DNA of 64,000 nt from an archaeon (lineage in GTDB: Archaea; Nanobdellota; Nanobdellia; Pacearchaeales; GW2011-AR1). Shown here piece after piece: positions 62,000-64,000 of the stretch (position 1 is its first letter; each line of letters starts with the position of its first letter). The translations under genes and the position numbers were made by a program. The notes beneath the pieces were generated by a model, which saw only the letters and a list, made by a program, of their open reading frames with translations, did not search any database and was not told the DNA's origin. The stretch covers positions 8,647 through 72,646 of the forward strand of contig JBDRCB010000004.1 of NCBI GenBank assembly GCA_043822125.1, given 5' to 3'.

Positions 62000-62790
62000 A
62001 AACAAGTATATTAACTATCGACGGAAAAGAAAAAGAGATAATTGAACTGCCGGGATGTTTTTCAAAAAATATCAGGGAAGATATAGTTGCGAGAGTTCTT
62101 GAACTTCAGAAAACAAGACAGCCATATGCTCCGTCTCTTGTTGCAGGAAGCATGTATTCTGCGAGTGGAAAAATTGTTCATAGAAGAAAAGTCTGGAAGA
62201 GTCAATATGGGAGAGGTATGTCAAGAATTCCCAGAAAAATAATGTCCAGAAGAGGAACGCAGTTTAATTGGGTGGGTGCAACAATTCCAAGTGCAAGAGG
62301 AGGAAGAAGAGCACATCCCCCGAAAACCCTAGCAATGATAAACACCAAGAAGATAAATAAAAAAGAATTGAAAATTGCACTTGTGTCTGCATTGAGTGCA
62401 ACAGCCTCGGAAAAATTCATTACAAAGAGATATTCAAAACTAAAAGATAAAAAAATAGAAAAACTTCCTTTTGTTGTTGAATCAAAATTTACTTCATTAA
62501 AAACAAAAGATATGCTGAAAAGTCTGGAAAAAATCCTCGGAAAAGAATTGTTTGAAATTGCAGTAAGAAAAAAGAGCGTAAGGAGTGGTAAAGGAAAACT
62601 TAGGGGAAGAAAATATAAAAGCAGTGCAGGTTTGCTGTTTGTAACAGGAAAAGACGAGAAATTAAAAACAACTGCGTTTGAAATTGCAAATGTGAAAAGA
62701 CTGGGAATAAAAAACCTAGCAAAAGGCGGGCTCGGAAGATTAACTGTTTATACTAAAAATGCAATTAAAAATTTAGAGGAATTGAAATGA
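61996..62790 (+). CDS. rpl4: ribosomal protein uL4
   Basis: ARVLELQKTRQPYAPS...GRGMSRIPR...GGRRAHPPK. An alternative ATG lies at 61984. Confidence 0.9.
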   Translation: MKTSILTIDGKEKEIIELPGCFSKNIREDIVARVLELQKTRQPYAPSLVAGSMYSASGKIVHRRKVWKSQYGRGMSRIPRKIMSRRGTQFNWVGATIPSARGGRRAHPPKTLAMINTKKINKKELKIALVSALSATASEKFITKRYSKLKDKKIEKLPFVVESKFTSLKTKDMLKSLEKILGKELFEIAVRKKSVRSGKGKLRGRKYKSSAGLLFVTGKDEKLKTTAFEIANVKRLGIKNLAKGGLGRLTVYTKNAIKNLEELK

Positions 62791-63023
62791 AGCCAATAGC
62801 AACTGAAAAAGCAGTCATGAAAATTGAAACAGAGAATATTCTGACATTTCAGGCAAAAAAACAGAAAACAAAAGAAGAAATCAAAAAAGAAATTGAAGAA
62901 ATATTTGGAGTAAAAATTGAGAGGGTAAGAACATTGATTCGCGGGAACAAAAAATATGCTTATGTTAAATTAAAAAAAGAATTTCCTGCTATTGATTTAG
63001 CAACGAAATTAGGAATGATGTAA
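62787..63023 (+). CDS. rpl23: ribosomal protein uL23
   Basis: PIATEKAVMKIETENILTFQAKKQKTKEEIKKEIEEIFGVKIERVRTL. Confidence 0.85.
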   Translation: MKPIATEKAVMKIETENILTFQAKKQKTKEEIKKEIEEIFGVKIERVRTLIRGNKKYAYVKLKKEFPAIDLATKLGMM

Positions 63024-63024
63024 G

Positions 63025-63723
63025 ATGGGAAAGAGAATAATTCAACAGCGAAGAGGAAGAGGAACAAGTACTTACAGAGTTAAAAGAAAAGCATTTAAGT
63101 ATAAAATAAAATATCCTAAAAAATTAGAGGGAGAAGGAAATGTTATTAGGTTAATTAATTCTCCTGCTCATACATTCCCGTTGGCAAAAGTAAAATACAG
63201 CGAGGGGTTTTTCTACATCCCTGCATTTACAGGAATGGTGGAGAAGCAGAAAATAAAATTAAGAGGAGGAGAAATCAAAGACGGAAACATAATGGAACTG
63301 GAAAAAATTCCAGTAAAAACAAAAATCTACAACATTGAATCAAGGCCGGGAGACGGAGGTAGATTCATCAGAAGTGGAGGGAATTCTGCAATAGTAAACA
63401 GAATATTCGGAGAAAATGTTTTTGTATTAATGCCCTCTAAAAAAGAAAAAAAATTTAATTTAAAATGCAGAGCGACAATCGGAGTCATCGCAGGTGCTGG
63501 AAGACTTGATAAGCCTGTTTTAAAAGCAGGAAAAAAGCATCATATTAAAAAATCAAAAAATAAATTATGGCCGAGAACTTCAGCAGTAAAAATGAATGCA
63601 GTAGATCATCCATTTGGTTCAGGGCGTTCAAAAAATCCTAAGAGCAAAATTGCGAAGAGGAATGCACCTCCTGGAAGAAAAGTCGGTTTAATCAGGCCGA
63701 GAAGAACAGGTAAGAGAAAATAA
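63025..63723 (+). CDS. rpl2: ribosomal protein uL2
   Basis: GKRIIQQRRGRG, IESRPGDGGRFIRSGGNSA, VDHPFGSGR. Confidence 0.92.
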   Translation: MGKRIIQQRRGRGTSTYRVKRKAFKYKIKYPKKLEGEGNVIRLINSPAHTFPLAKVKYSEGFFYIPAFTGMVEKQKIKLRGGEIKDGNIMELEKIPVKTKIYNIESRPGDGGRFIRSGGNSAIVNRIFGENVFVLMPSKKEKKFNLKCRATIGVIAGAGRLDKPVLKAGKKHHIKKSKNKLWPRTSAVKMNAVDHPFGSGRSKNPKSKIAKRNAPPGRKVGLIRPRRTGKRK

Positions 63724-63724
63724 A

Positions 63725-64000
63725 ATGAAAGAAGAATTTACAAAAAAACAATTTACATACAGGGGAAAAACAATAGATGAGTTGAAAACTCTTAATGTAA
63801 GGGAATTTTCAAAATTAGTCAAAGCAAAAGAACGGAGAAATATTTTAAGAGACTTCCAGAAAATTGAAGATTTCGTCAACAGGTCAAAAGTAAAGCTTGA
63901 AAAAAACAAGACAATAAAAACACACGATAGGGATTTGGTTATTGTTCCGCATATGATAGGATGGAAAATTTATATTCATAGTGGAAATAAATTTGCTCCA
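63725..64000 (+). CDS. rps19: ribosomal protein uS19 (3' end truncated by window edge)
   Basis: FTYRGKTIDELKTLNVREFSKLVKAKERR...IKTHDRDLVIVPHMIGWKIYIHSGNKF. The open frame runs to the window edge. Confidence 0.85.
   Translation, partial: MKEEFTKKQFTYRGKTIDELKTLNVREFSKLVKAKERRNILRDFQKIEDFVNRSKVKLEKNKTIKTHDRDLVIVPHMIGWKIYIHSGNKFAP

Noticed and set aside
1-64000. CRISPR arrays, rRNA genes, IS elements, integrases
   Set aside because: I scanned for regularly spaced direct repeats and for transposase- or integrase-like ORFs and recognised none. A by-eye scan cannot exclude short or degenerate elements.

Overview
AT-rich (about 30% GC by eye), tightly packed window with almost no intergenic space. 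It reads as a small-genome DPANN-type archaeon; a Pacearchaeota/Woesearchaeota-like origin is inference only. Core content: archaeal ribosomal proteins (eS19, eL39, eL31, eL43, eL40, uL11, uL1, P0, P1, and uL3-uL4-uL23-uL2-uS19), Cbf5, TrmY, Taw1, aIF5A, Spt5, SecE, RpoP, prefoldin beta, PCNA, a fused PriS-PriL primase, FtsZ plus SepF, class II LysRS, AMP phosphorylase, a putative S-layer protein, tRNA-Pro(UGG) and an intron-containing tRNA-Ser(UGA). I saw no rRNA, CRISPR array, transposase or integrase. The standout is a ~13 kb co-directional, translationally coupled operon (18052-31161). It starts with an unannotated 44-aa RHH protein, followed by two diverged copies of a module: a ~258-aa protein with a class-III (archaeal pilin-like) signal, then ~1300 aa of cysteine-rich membrane protein. 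Four more pilin-like genes follow. In copy 1 the large protein is one 1315-aa ORF. In copy 2 it is two ORFs (506 aa and 752 aa), separated at the equivalent junction by two HEPN/nucleotidyltransferase toxin-antitoxin pairs whose reading frames overlap those of the flanking halves. I cannot assign the large proteins to any named family, so this is my best candidate for an undescribed cell-surface or host-interaction system. Other points of interest: an archaeosortase-like gene next to a candidate substrate; a bacterial-type CHASE2 adenylate cyclase with a FecR-like partner among core archaeal genes; two 72-aa ORFs wedged into conserved ribosomal-protein operons; a short P0 lacking the tail it normally shares with P1; and a 15-nt duplication of the tRNA-Ser 5' end. 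All functional calls come from motif recognition by eye. No searches were run.
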